From Tetramitus jugosus (lineage: Eukaryota > Protista > Heterolobosea): a stretch of 64,000 nt of DNA. Of the stretch, positions 40,501 through 53,161 are shown one piece after another (the stretch's first letter is position 1; each line of letters opens with the position of its first letter). The position numbers and the translations under genes are program-made. Location: contig OW569372.1 of the NCBI GenBank assembly GCA_937625935.1, forward strand, positions 124,001 to 188,000, given 5' to 3'. The notes beneath the pieces are model-generated. The model was not told where the DNA came from, did no database searches, and worked only from the letters and a program-made list of their open reading frames with translations.

Positions 40501-43500
40501 TATCCAACCAGGCTTGATAAGAACATCTGAATTCAACTTTGGAATTTCGCCTCTCCAAAAGAGCGGATCACTCCAGAAACCCTTGCGGTATTCATAACCA
40601 GGTCGAGGATTTTGAGGACACCCAGTTACGGGACAGCGTCTTCCATATATCGTCAACCAATTAGAACTTAGTTCATAATTAATGGATGTACCTCTGAATA
40701 TAACATCGACGGTTTTTTCTGTATCGTTGTAGAATGAGGAGCCATGTGGCGCAGTGGGGCTTAAACTTGAATTTCCAGATAGAATCGTCGATGGTTTTGT
40801 TTCCACTTCGAAATGATCTCGGAAATCTGTGTGATTGAGTCTTAAGTAAAATGTATCATTTGGTTGAATTCTGTTAACCATAAACGATACCTTCTCCCAG
40901 TCCACATACGTATCAAAATAAACTTCAAACATTTCATCCATGATGATCGGAGCAACCCAACCAGGAGTTGGATTGCTCTTGTCCATCCATGCGATGTTCG
41001 ATTGACCATATCTACTTGTAATGATAATGTCCTTTTGGCGCAGAGTATTGGTGGGTAAATAGTTGTAAACGGCCATGCGGCGAATTGCAATGGAGCTATC
41101 ACATGTAAATCCATCAAAGTGATCATTGTAAGAACAAACAGAGTGGTTGTTATGAGAATGAGCAGGTATCGTCCATCCATGCACAAAACCTGTCAGTGAT
41201 CCATCCTCATCATAATAAATTTCTTTCCGCGGGAAACCCCATCTCACCTTGAAAGGAGAGTTTAAGAACTTCAAACCAGCAAACTTTGTGGTGTATCCTC
41301 CTTGATTGAGCACGGGTGATACACCACACTTACTGCAACTGCTGAGTGCTGGTAATCGGGGAGAGATAAAGTTAATAAAGGTAACATTCCGCACAAAGAA
41401 ATTCTCTGTTCTTGGAGTTACGAGTCCTCCAGCCTCAAGGCCTTCAGAAGGGTTTGGTAGATTAGATGTTGCAATAATTACAGAGTCTTGTATGGATGCC
41501 GAGTTCACTGGTGCCTCAGGAAGAATCCATGATACTTCTAATCCGGCCCTTGAATTATCAGAAACGATAAAGTTCTTAAATGTAACATCTCCAACCAAAG
41601 TGGCAATCATACCACAGCGACCATTCTTGTATGCGGTAAATTTGGTAAACACAGCTGGAACTGTAGGATTGGAGGTCGAAACATCTTGGCAAGGAGAGAT
41701 ACGAGGAGAAAAACTCTCAAACACTCGGAGACCATAACGGCCCACACTATGAGCAGTGTTGTCGTTGAAGGTTCCCAATGGAGTGTTCTTAGGACATATA
41801 TGATCATTTCCTGCAGATGCACCAGTGGGGTGTTCGAATAAGTCGAACCAGAAGCCATAATGGCCAGAACCTGCGGCCACGTTGTGTTTGAGAATATTAT
41901 TGGGATTTGTCACCCAAAACACAGCAGGCGCGACATCACTGTTGAGAAGACTGTATGATGGAAGAGTCATGACGCCCAAGTTATTGATCAATTCGTTGTT
42001 TGTTTCTATACCATCTTCTATGAAATAGGTATGACCCTTGCAATGATAGGCCACATTGTTGTAAACTCGCAAGTAATGAACACCATGAAGGGCAACCGCG
42101 CGGTTCCAGGTGTGATGGATTGAATTATTTGTCACATAAGACTTCTTGACATTTCCGAGCATATGGAAGTGAATTGGATATCTTCCTAGTCCATGAGCCT
42201 GACCCACACGAGTAAATTCACAGTTTGAAATTCGGGCTATAGAAGAGTCTTCACCTCGAGAGTGAATCATAAAGTGGGCTCCATATTCTTGTTCTGTTGA
42301 ACCTTCATCGCCTTGGAACTTTACATTTCTAGTTAGTAGACCAACTTCTGCTCGGGTGTCAAGGAGAATCCCTTCGAGTTGCTGGATGATACCAGAATGA
42401 GAGAACTTGAAGGAAGGACTTATTTTGAATGTGTGAGCGTTAATTACTTCCACGATCATTACTTCCTCAGCCTCCAACCAGTCCAGATCTGTGGGAGCGA
42501 CTACCAATGAATCATCAACCCCCCAGTCTGTTTCCTGACTCAGTTGCACTATGTTTGTTCCAGGAGCTACTGTTTCATTTAGTTTCACCCAAGAAACCTT
42601 TGGAGCTCCGTGCATATCCACAACACCTGTCCGCAGAGCCATACATTTTGCTCCATACATTGGAATTTCCTTAGAATTCTCTCGATCACCAAATAATGTG
42701 ATTGTTGCCTTGTGTTGGAAAGGAGAATCCTCTGTACCAATTTGCAATTTTCCACCTTCAATGAAAATGTAATCTGCTTTAACTTCTAGGTCTTGTTCGT
42801 CCTCAAATATGAGAGTACCTTGTATAATCAATAGTTTTAGTTTTGGAGGTGAAATGTCCAACAAAATAGTTTGACCTGGAGGGATAACAACACTCTCTCC
42901 TTCAACTGGAGGATGAGTATTTCCCCATGTCGTGTTTGCTGACCATTTGTCAATGTAAGTGAATCGTATGTTTTCGATTTGAGCAGCTTTCCCTTTGTTC
43001 GGCACATCAATCACGATACTAGAATCTTCATTCACACTTTCTCTTTTTCCTGTGATGCAAGTGATGAGCGTGTCGGTAACACTTTCTACTGAGCACTCAA
43101 CAGTGTTGATTGTGACTCTGGTCACTTCTGTACCAAATCCAAAACCTGACAGTGACACTAAGGTGCCTCCTGCAGCTGTTCCGTTGGTGGGATAAACAGA
43201 GGCAATAACTGCTGTTCTCTCCATACTATATGTAATATTTCCCGAAGATTGTCTCTTTGTGCCATTCATTGAAATATGAACTTCACAAACCCCATCATAG
43301 TTATTAGCGATCTCAAAACCATAGAATTCCACTTCTGCAAGACTACAATAACTATCAGGACCTCCAACATATCGGAAATAGCGGAAGGCATCATCGTTCA
43401 CTATTTCAAACGTATTCCATCCGGAATCAACCAATGAGTCAATATTTTTTATCACAGTCCAAGGTCCAATAGAAGACATTGATGCTTCAAATCTTCCATT

Positions 43501-46500
43501 CACTCGTTGTCGTCCAGTCGCAATATCATTTCGAGGCAGGAATTTAACTCGAGATGGATTTGCAACAAAGCGTGTTCCAATATCGACTCCAATGGAACAG
43601 GAGCTACGGGAGGCATAGTTTGATGTGAAGAAAGACTTTTCATCTCCGTCAAAAACGTTACTGTACTTAACCATTGAGTTCTCAGGTGTTCCCATTCCAA
43701 ATACTTCTCCCCTCAGCACTATTTCATTTTTCCAATTGAATGCAATGGAGCTATTGTGATTCAACAGTCTTGGTGCCAAGCAATCAATAGACGAATAGGT
43801 GAACGATTGAACATTGCAATCAAATCCACATATTGTGATGGACGTATCTTGTGACAATCCGATTGCATTCACAATACGAACTGTATCACCTCCTGCAAAA
43901 CTAATCGGTTCATTACTTGACACTGTGCCAGCATCCAAAATAGAATTGTACGTCATGCTAACACTGCTTAAGGAATACCCCTTCCCAGCAACAAACAAAG
44001 AAAGAGAATATTGTCCAAATGGAACATCTGGAATTGCGCAAGTAATAAGGGTCTCGGTCTCTTCGAGAATCTCGCAGATGTAGGAACCAATTAGAACTTG
44101 TGTATCATTCGTAAAACCATCTCCTTCAATAGTCAAAATTGATCCCGAACTACCAGATGTTGGCCCCCAGGTAGAAATACGGGGAGTTAATTCCCACGAA
44201 TAACTCATATTACAATTTGAACATTCGGCATACACATCATTGACTGAAATTGAAATGGGATGCAGGATATCATCTGACCGTTGACCAACAATGCAAGTAA
44301 GTTCACTGTAAGTGCTAGATCGCACTACGCAATCGTGCATTCCTAATTTAACTTTGTTTCGTGCTGCATGAACGCTAAAGCCTGATCCAAAGAATGTTGT
44401 TTTAAAGCCGGCAACTGAGCCTACACTCTGGGATACACTGTCAAGAGATAGATCAAAATTGAAGAGTTGCAGGGACGAACGTACAAACATGGCCGAGCCT
44501 AACTCTTCAAATCGAATATCAATCTCATTATCAATTGAGGCTTCATGTTCAGGAATTATGCACTCGATGTGGGAAGAGTTGTGTGAATCTATATGTGAAG
44601 GTTCTCCCCCGATTGAAACATTAGGATTTTTACCGAAACCTTCTCCACCAATGATTAGCTTATCTCCAACTTGACCATTCGTACGGTCTACGAAATGAAC
44701 TATAGGGGTTTTCTCAGATGAGTATTCAAAGGTACAATTACCGGTACAGGAGGCCTTAATTAGTTTATCTCCCTGACTGTCAACAATAACAAGGTCATAT
44801 ATTTGAGAATATCCCACATATGCCGTAGTACATTTGATTGCATCATCCTCAGAATCTTCTTGAATCTCACATTCAAGATCTCCAACAAAGACAGAGATAC
44901 TCTCTTTGAACTTCAGACCTCTTCCTCGAACAGTGATGAGCGTGCCTCCTGCAATAGAGCCACTATTCGGATGGATTCGATCAATGACACAAGCAACTTC
45001 CACTTCTGGTGCTCTCATTGCTCGTCCTTTTTCTTTTACAGTGAACTGCAAAGGAAGTACCCCACTTGATGAAGCTGTAATGGCGCATCTCACCTCATTT
45101 TCGCTTGCAAACACTACTTTACACTGATCGTTTCCAAGTTTAATACTATTGCCAGACAACTCATCACTAAACTGGTCCCCATAAATAACAAGTTCTTGAT
45201 CAACACTGAACAATGATATTATCTGAGGGGAAACAGAATAAATAACAGGACTGGCACTCAGTGAATAATTAAACCAAAAAGAAGTGGACGTTCCATCTAT
45301 AGCTAATGTCACATTCAGAGTGTTCTCAATTGCTTCAACAGCTGGAGCCAAGCATTGAATTTCCTCTAATTCATATGAGATCACCTCACAATCTCTTCCA
45401 CCAAGAGTGATGTGAGTTCGTTGATGAAAGCCATACCCTGTAATTGTCATCACGGTTCCTCCAGCAAAACTACCTTGCTCGGGAGACAGAGCATACACCT
45501 CATAGTCGGCAGAAAAAACCACCACATTAGAATCTCCCTTTCCGGACACAGTCACGATAACATCATTGCTACCTCCATGAAAGTGAGTTAATTGACACAC
45601 TATTTCTGTCTCAGAGTTAATGATAATAGGGCAGTCGAATCCCCCTACGCTTACAGAGTTGTCAGACGAGTCTAAAGCAAAATTCTGCCCGTTAATAGTC
45701 ATAACAGAAACATCATTGCCTCCCACTGGGTCAATATTCAAAATACTGGGTGTGAGAGAAACTGAATAGTTAAAAGAACAATCCGAGCTGAGCATGCATG
45801 CCGACTGGATTCCGTTAGAGATAACTTGTACTTGTGGGGTGTTCTTAGGCACAACGAACATATCTCCTGGAATTGGTCCTAGTAAAATATCGTTGCTAGC
45901 TGGTCTTACTTCCCTGACACTAACTGAAGCGTCTGATCCTGTCAAATTAGATCTTGTAATCATCAAAGGCGGTGTGCCGTCATATGTATCGAATAGTACC
46001 GTCCATATATTGTTATCCAAGCCATTACCTGATTGATAAACGGTTAGCACACCAATTCCAGGAAAATTTTGCAGCAATAATTTCATTTTGGTGCTATCTG
46101 CATTGTAAGGAATAACAATGGAAGACTCTCCAAACATGACATCAAATGATCCTTGAATTGGTATTGACGCTAGTTGTACTCGAGAAACCGATGTGAGAAT
46201 CGATAGGCCACTCTTCTCTGTTAACATACTCTCATCAACGAGAAACAGTGGTCTATCCTCCAAAGAAGGACTATTAAAAGTAATGTTAAACATGATTGAA
46301 TTACCATCCTCAAACTTACTCACTGAGATACTCCCAATGTTCGCAATCTGTGAAACTAGAGTAGAAACAGCACTCGCAGGAGATGAAACATTCATATACA
46401 CAGTAGCACTCGACTTCCAAGCTAGTCTGAACGAACCTTCTTGGACATTAACAAGTCGAACAGATTGAACCTCTCGCTGAACAGAACTTTGAGTCCGCAT

Positions 46501-47971
46501 CTCTTGTACAGCTCTGATACTGTTTACTGTTCGCTGATCAGACGAATATCTAACTCCAATACTTGCATAGTCATTACCTTGTTGGTGTTTCTGTACAAGT
46601 TCGATATAATACAATTTTCCTCTCTGGAGTTGAATAGTGGCAGATTTTGCAGTGAAACTTGGTGATTGAAAGATTCTGTAAGGCGACCAATTGGTCTCAA
46701 CAATTTTTGTAGCCCCTTGAGAATCTTCGCTAGAGCTCAGCCATAACTCTGCATGACTGGAGCATGATAGATAAAATGTGTGAGAGCCAGATGATCGTGG
46801 AGCGAACAAGCTGTACATCCTGTCTCCGTACTCCTTATTGGAAGAACTTAAAGGAACTTCGAATGATCCAACAATTAATTGGGTCTCATCAGGTGAATCT
46901 GGAAAAGAGGAAAGGGCGCGCAATGTCGAAACACCCCAACCAGTTACATCTCTCCATATTTCACGAATTATTCCTCTTCCCCCTGAAGAATGAGATCCTG
47001 CATATGAGGCATTCATCGGAGTAGTTTTACATGTGATCTGGCTGGACGAGCTAGAAATAACAGTACAAGAATTTCCATCAACAAGAACAGAGTTATTCTC
47101 TCCCTTACTACTAAATCCCGATCCATCAATCACAAGTACTGAGCCACCATGAAGAGACCCTGAATTTGCTGACAATCGGCGAATTACTGGTACCGCAGCA
47201 AAGTGATATGGAGTGTTATCTGGAGAGAGAAGCCAATCCGATTGGGAAATATCAGCCTTTCCCCTTCCATTGATATTCATTGATGCATTATAGTATCCTG
47301 GTTCCAGATCTCCGAGCTTGCAAGAAACTCCTCCCCATTTGTCAGTGTATCCAAAGTAATTGTCCAGACGCCAATTCATTGGTACAGAAGACTCTTGATC
47401 GTCTCCAAGTATCGTCGAACATCTTATTCCTCCAACACTTAAACCATCGAATTGCAACGGATCATCCTCAATAAGTCTGCCTTGAAATGAGATTGCTTGA
47501 TCCGAAAGCGCTCCTGTAGGAGTCAGACCTTTGAGTACAGGTGTATCCGTAACCGTGTACGAAAAAACACACCCTCCTTGAGCGTTACATATTGCTTGCA
47601 TCTCATGATTGATCATCATTTTGATAGGTTGAACGCTATTACCACGAGTTTGAGCAGGTGGTGTGATGCATGTTATCGAATTCACTGTCGAAAAAAAGGG
47701 TAATACTTCACAGACAGCACCACCGATCCAAATCATGTTTGAACCTTGGTCATGTTTTGTGCTGAAGGAAGTACCATGTATTACTATCTTCGTACCGCCC
47801 TCAATAGAACCATGATTCGGTTCGATTCGATAAATATCTTCAACAATGTTAGTTTCGTGGGAAATATCAGATATCCACATTAAATTTTGACCTACATTGA
47901 GCCGTGGCACTCTCCTTGCCTATAAAGCACAAGAAGGCCAGAATCAAGAACACACTTTGAATAACGTTCAT
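37543..47971 (-). CDS. Fibrocystin-L/PKHD1L1-like giant type I membrane protein; intron 47838-47895
   Basis: Signal-peptide exon MNVIQSVFLILAFLCFIG; many IPT/TIG repeats, PA14, two G8 domains plus beta-helix (LGRYPIHFH, FFIEDG-like YFIEDGIE); C-terminal TM helix. Confidence 0.9.
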
Positions 47972-48205
47972 TTTCTATCAAGCTCTCCTCCCAAAGTCGT
48001 TGTTCGGAACTTTTTAAATCTCACGATGATGAATGAGTGCGAACGTTTGTTTTGTTGGTACCAAACAGATTCTCCAACAATGTCCAAAGAGAGCTGCACA
48101 GTATCTGTTGTACGGTATCTCAAATCGTAGTGAAAGTGTTCGCCCTGCTCTGCCGCGGTCGCATCTACGGAATTTTGCGCCACACCATAAACAGAAACGC
48201 GCTAT

Positions 48206-51200
48206 TTATTCACTTGCCTCGGATCTCTTCTTGGCCAGAAGAGCCCTCTTTTTTGCGAGAGCAAGCTCTTTTGGAGATAACTTGTCGCTAGACTTGAAAT
48301 GATAGCGAACTCGGGGTAGATTGAAGGGTGCAGAGCCTTGCTCGGATAAATCCATGACCATGACCTGCAAGCTGAGTACGGATTGCGTCTTGTCCAACTT
48401 CTCTTTTGTCAACTTCTCAATGAGCTTAGACACCGGTACAGTGTTTCGCTTTTCAAGTTTATCTCTCGGCATGAAGCATGTGTAGAGTACAACACCGTAG
48501 TACGTAACACTCAGGACTTGATACTGTGTACCACTACTGATCCTTTGCAACAGTTCGTGCAACGTCAAATCTGTTTTCTCGTCAATCTCAATTGTGTCCC
48601 AGATGGTGTACCGATTGGCAATCTCTTTCCTTGCTGGTGCTGGCTCACTCATCGTGATAAATGGAATAGCAATATTGAGATAGGAGCAACGAAGTTCCTC
48701 GATTGACTTTTTTTCTAATATCTTGTACAGCTCGAGTGACACCAATCCTGTGACGAGTGCTGTGGTCGTGATCATTGCCGGAATAATGTTACCCGCAATA
48801 CCCTTTGTCACCCACTTGTCCACTTCTGGAATCTTATAACTTCTGGCTCTCAGATTACTACACGACGTCATAAATTCGACATGGAAGTTCGTATCAGAGT
48901 CCTTTTCGAACTCAATGGGAACAAACTTTGGTTGATCACTTGTTGTGCACTTTGCTAAAATATTAGTTTTCAAGTGTTCTATATACTCCTCTCTCCTCTT
49001 CGCTTGACTGTCATCAGAAACGGATTCATCCTCTTTTGGTTTCTCCTCGCTCTTTTCATTTTCTCCTTTGGTCGTATCTGCAATAGGATTGGGCACATAT
49101 TGGGGTACAGTGACTTGTTGCACAATATCTTTCAAGTCAGCTAGATTTGAAGTGATTCCATAGAGATTAGAGTACAAAATAGATGCTGCCTCAATAAACA
49201 TCATGTGGGTTTCATCTTCCAGATCAAATGATATTGGTGTTGGACATCGTTTGTTTCCTGACCAGAACATGCCTCCACTTGCAGATTGTTTGTCCGCTGG
49301 ATAAGTCAAGATAATATTCTTGATTCCCCAATTGAAAAGCTCTTCAAATTTGATTCTTGCCCAAGAAACGCAATCCAAGAAAGAGAGAGGCTTATTTCTA
49401 ACCAAATAATCATACACGGTTTCCAAGGCGAGAATATTATTACCCTTTTCACCGCTCATAAATGATTGTGGATTGCTGATGAACTCATTCACAACCTCTA
49501 CATTATCATTCAATGAAGATTTAAATACACTCTTGGCCCACGTAATTGTATGCTGAATAACATTTGGGAAGAAGTGAATCGTACATTCTGGGAACACATT
49601 CTGTTCGGGATCACTCTGGCTACCATAACTCTCCGTGACATCTGGATAGATGACTTGAACATTTGCCTTGGTACCCAGAGTTCCACTTTCGAGAAGTGGC
49701 TTTCTGAAGAAGATGCACTTACTATCGACATACTTTCTCGCTTCGATATTATCTAGAGCATTGGTAACAAAGTCCAAAGAACTCCAGAATTTCTCATTGA
49801 ACACATTTTCGGTCTCAGGTCCGACTCTATCTTGTAATGCTTCGACATTTAAGTGAGCGTTCATACACCGAGCTGCTTCTGCACCGACAACACTCTTCAT
49901 TTTACCAATATGTTCTTTCCTGAACAGAAATTGTCGACTTAGATTAGAGTTTTCAATGCTGTCCAAATCTGTGACAATAAGTTTACCACGAGGACCACAA
50001 GCTGTTCCCATCAAAGCAAAATTCTTTAAAAACTCGCAACCCAACGCACCAGCTCCCACCAGGAAACTTGTTTGATTTTCGAGCTTTCTTTGATACTTTC
50101 TTCCAAACACCACGATTTGGCCATCATATCGGCAGTCCATTGGCTGGAATTCTTCTTCCGACACATCATTGTCGAACTTTGGTAGGGAAAGACATGACTC
50201 AAAATGGAACCATTGATGAATAGGTGAGAACTTTTGAGTAGTAGCCTTCTGCACTTCCTGGGCTGCCAATCCTCCGAGTACTGCAGCCATTGGATTTAAT
50301 TGTCCTCTGCTCGTATAGGATAAATTCTTGATCAGGTTGGTCTCCAAATCACTCAACTCTTCACGATTGAAATTTTGTTTCGCTATTTGGAGCATTTCCT
50401 CGGCATCCCTCTCATTTCTAGGTGCTGGTAGTCTACCATTTTTCGTATTAAAATCAGCCAACGTAATCATACAAGTGTGTAACAGTGGTGGATAGTCCAT
50501 CTTTGCATAGTCATAGAAGAAATCACAATTAGGATCCTTCAATGAATCAGAGAGAGACTTAAAATGAAGTGTTACAGGTTTTTTGACTTGGAAGTAATGA
50601 CCTCCGCTCGTGTATGCCTTGCACTTCGATGCATGAATATCATTAATAGAGAATTTGAATGGATCAACTCTCTTGATCACAAACTCTCTCTCATTCAATT
50701 CCACAGCACCTTCGATGCCTCTCAATATGACGATATCATCGTCATTCAGTCCATGAGGCTTCACATTTCCTTCATCTTTCGTATCTACTACAAGTACACC
50801 GCTGTCGTCACTCTCAATATTGACAACAACACCACTGGATGGTTGTTCTCCATCAGTGTCCAAAACTTCAAAGCTATCGCCAAAGTCTACAAAAACAGAG
50901 CCGAATAAACCTCTGGATTCAGCAGCAATAAATTTCACCCTGTTCCTTCTACAAATTTCATTCAGAGACACGAGTTGACAAATATGGTCATCTGTGAACA
51001 CAACCACTGAAAACTGCTTCAAAAATGATTCGTCCAACTCTCCTGTATACACTTGAACATCACTATATTCGTTCAACAAGCTCAAATAACGCAAACTTTG
51101 CTTTGCTCTGTTTTGTCCAATCAATTCTTGCTCCACGACGACAGCACTCGTTGCATCACCACTGCTACTACCGTTTCCATCACTTGTACCATCTTCAGGA

Positions 51201-51531
51201 GACAACAAGAGAAATTGTGATGACAAATCCATCCAAGTCACTGGCTTTGGATCATACAGGGTCAAATTCTTGGCTCCCATCAACACCAAATTCTTTGCTA
51301 CACATGATAACAACAAGCAAATCGAAAAAAAAAACATTTTTTGAAAGAGTGTGAGACACAATGGAATGAAAAAAAAACTCATCTCTTCGACTCATCATCA
51401 CACTTACCAATTTCAGCACCCAATCCACCCATGCCTACAATCAGAGTTTTACTAGCCAAAATCTTTTGCATGGCCTCTCGACCAATGGTTCTAGCTTGTC
51501 TATCATATCTGTCTCTTTCTCTGTCATCCAT
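48206..51531 (-). CDS. UBA1: Ubiquitin-activating enzyme E1 (UBA1 family); one intron near the 5' end
   Basis: RYDRQ...GMGGLGAEI|AKNL; VGAGALGCEFLKN; SNLSRQFLF; NALDN; ESGTLGTK; catalytic PECT; GNIIPAM. Confidence 0.92.
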
Positions 51532-51732
51532 CTTATTATGTAAGCTTAATTTGTGTTTTTGTTGTTTGGTTGTTTTGATGAAACCAATCATGGGTTTTTT
51601 CGTTCGAACACGAGCTTGAAGTTCCATGGCGGGAGAATGTGATGGAGAAACCTCCCAGTCTTGAAAATTCGCATCTGCGGCTAAACTGCATTGCAGCCAA
51701 AAAGCTAACAAAACAAAAAAACTACGATCATC

Positions 51733-52347
51733 ATGTCATCCTCTGATCATTTCTCAAATAACAACACCAACACTCAACAACAAGAGGAAGAAGAAGAAGA
51801 GCTCAACTATGGTCCATCCATGGGTCCATCCAGCTACTACAAAAACTTTGACGAGAGTGATCCCGCAGCCCCGCCACAAAAAATTCCATTCACAGAATTG
51901 AAAACACAGGAACAATATGCGTTTGTCAAGGGTCAATTATCCTATTTTGACATTTTGTACATGCCATACACGCCGTGTGGACCCATTTTTGATCGATTGA
52001 AACCATCGATTGAATCCAAAACGAAACAAAAGAGACGACAAGAAGAATATTATCAGACTCAATGGGATAAACAATTGGAATTGAAAGCAAAGGAAGAACA
52101 AAAACAACTTGAGTCAAAGTCTCAGACATCATCAACAATGTCCACCATGAACCAAGCACAACAAATTCAACATCAACAACAGTTAAAGTTGGAACAAAAG
52201 AGAAAACAGCAACAACAAAAGAAGCCAGAGTTGGACCCAGTGCTCGTTCAACAATTTAAAGACTGTCTCGCATTGAACAGAAAGTTCTATGAGAAGCGAG
52301 CTGAGAATTTGAACAACTTCAAGAAGAGTGTGACCTCTATTTACTAA
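51733..52347 (+). CDS. Hypothetical protein
   Basis: 204-aa ATG-initiated ORF, divergent from UBA1; no family recognised. Confidence 0.6.
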   Translation: MSSSDHFSNNNTNTQQQEEEEEELNYGPSMGPSSYYKNFDESDPAAPPQKIPFTELKTQEQYAFVKGQLSYFDILYMPYTPCGPIFDRLKPSIESKTKQKRRQEEYYQTQWDKQLELKAKEEQKQLESKSQTSSTMSTMNQAQQIQHQQQLKLEQKRKQQQQKKPELDPVLVQQFKDCLALNRKFYEKRAENLNNFKKSVTSIY

Positions 52348-52456
52348 GTGTATAAACTTGTTCAAACATTAAACTGGGAAAAAGCTTACTAAAGATTCCA
52401 TCCATTCTATATTACATCCATTTGTGATCCTTTTTGTTGGTTTGTTTGTGTAGCTC

Positions 52457-53056
52457 TCAGTGCGTATCGTACGCAGATTGAACACACGAATGAATCAATT
52501 GCATGAGCACTGGATTCTCCATCGCAGCTGCCACTCGTTCCTTATCATTAATCTGTCGATTGACACTTGCTTCCTGGTCATGTGATCCTTCTGTCAACCG
52601 TATGTCAATCTTATAATTTTGTAGCATGACATCACCAAACACTTGATGTAACCGCATCCGTATGCATAAGCTTATATCAGCCACAAGTGAACAGTGTTTC
52701 ACCGTTGGCGTGACCCATATCGTAATCACAAAAATCTCGGTTGGCGCCAACTCAATCGCGCCAAAAGTGGATTGATTGGACTCTTCCAAGTTCAAGTGCA
52801 GCACATCAATCAAATTCTCATCAATCACATTCAATTCTTCGAGTGTGTTTGGTCGTTCTGGATCTCTAATGTCTCTTATGGCATCAAATATATCAATTGC
52901 ATCCAGAGCAGGCACCACTTTCTTCATTATTGGTGTTGTTTTTGTTACTGTGTTGTTTGATGGTATTGGTGTTGGTGTGGTGATTGTTGTTATTGGTTGT
53001 TGTTGCCTGGTGCATGGATTGCATCCCTTGCATTCCCCTTCATCATCATCATTCAT
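52457..53056 (-). CDS. Cytosolic Fe-S assembly factor CIA2/MIP18 (FAM96)
   Basis: IFDAIRDIRDPERPNTLEELNV...TPTVKHCSL...GSH...VNRQINDKERVAAAMENP. Confidence 0.95.
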   Translation of the reverse strand: MNDDDEGECKGCNPCTRQQQPITTITTPTPIPSNNTVTKTTPIMKKVVPALDAIDIFDAIRDIRDPERPNTLEELNVIDENLIDVLHLNLEESNQSTFGAIELAPTEIFVITIWVTPTVKHCSLVADISLCIRMRLHQVFGDVMLQNYKIDIRLTEGSHDQEASVNRQINDKERVAAAMENPVLMQLIHSCVQSAYDTH

Positions 53057-53161
53057 TTTTAGTTGTGCTATCTTTGTTTTCTCTTGTTGATTGATCACGA
53101 CTTATTTCGCCGAAAAAAGAAAGTTGAAAATCAAAAAACCGACACAGAGAACAGAGAAAGC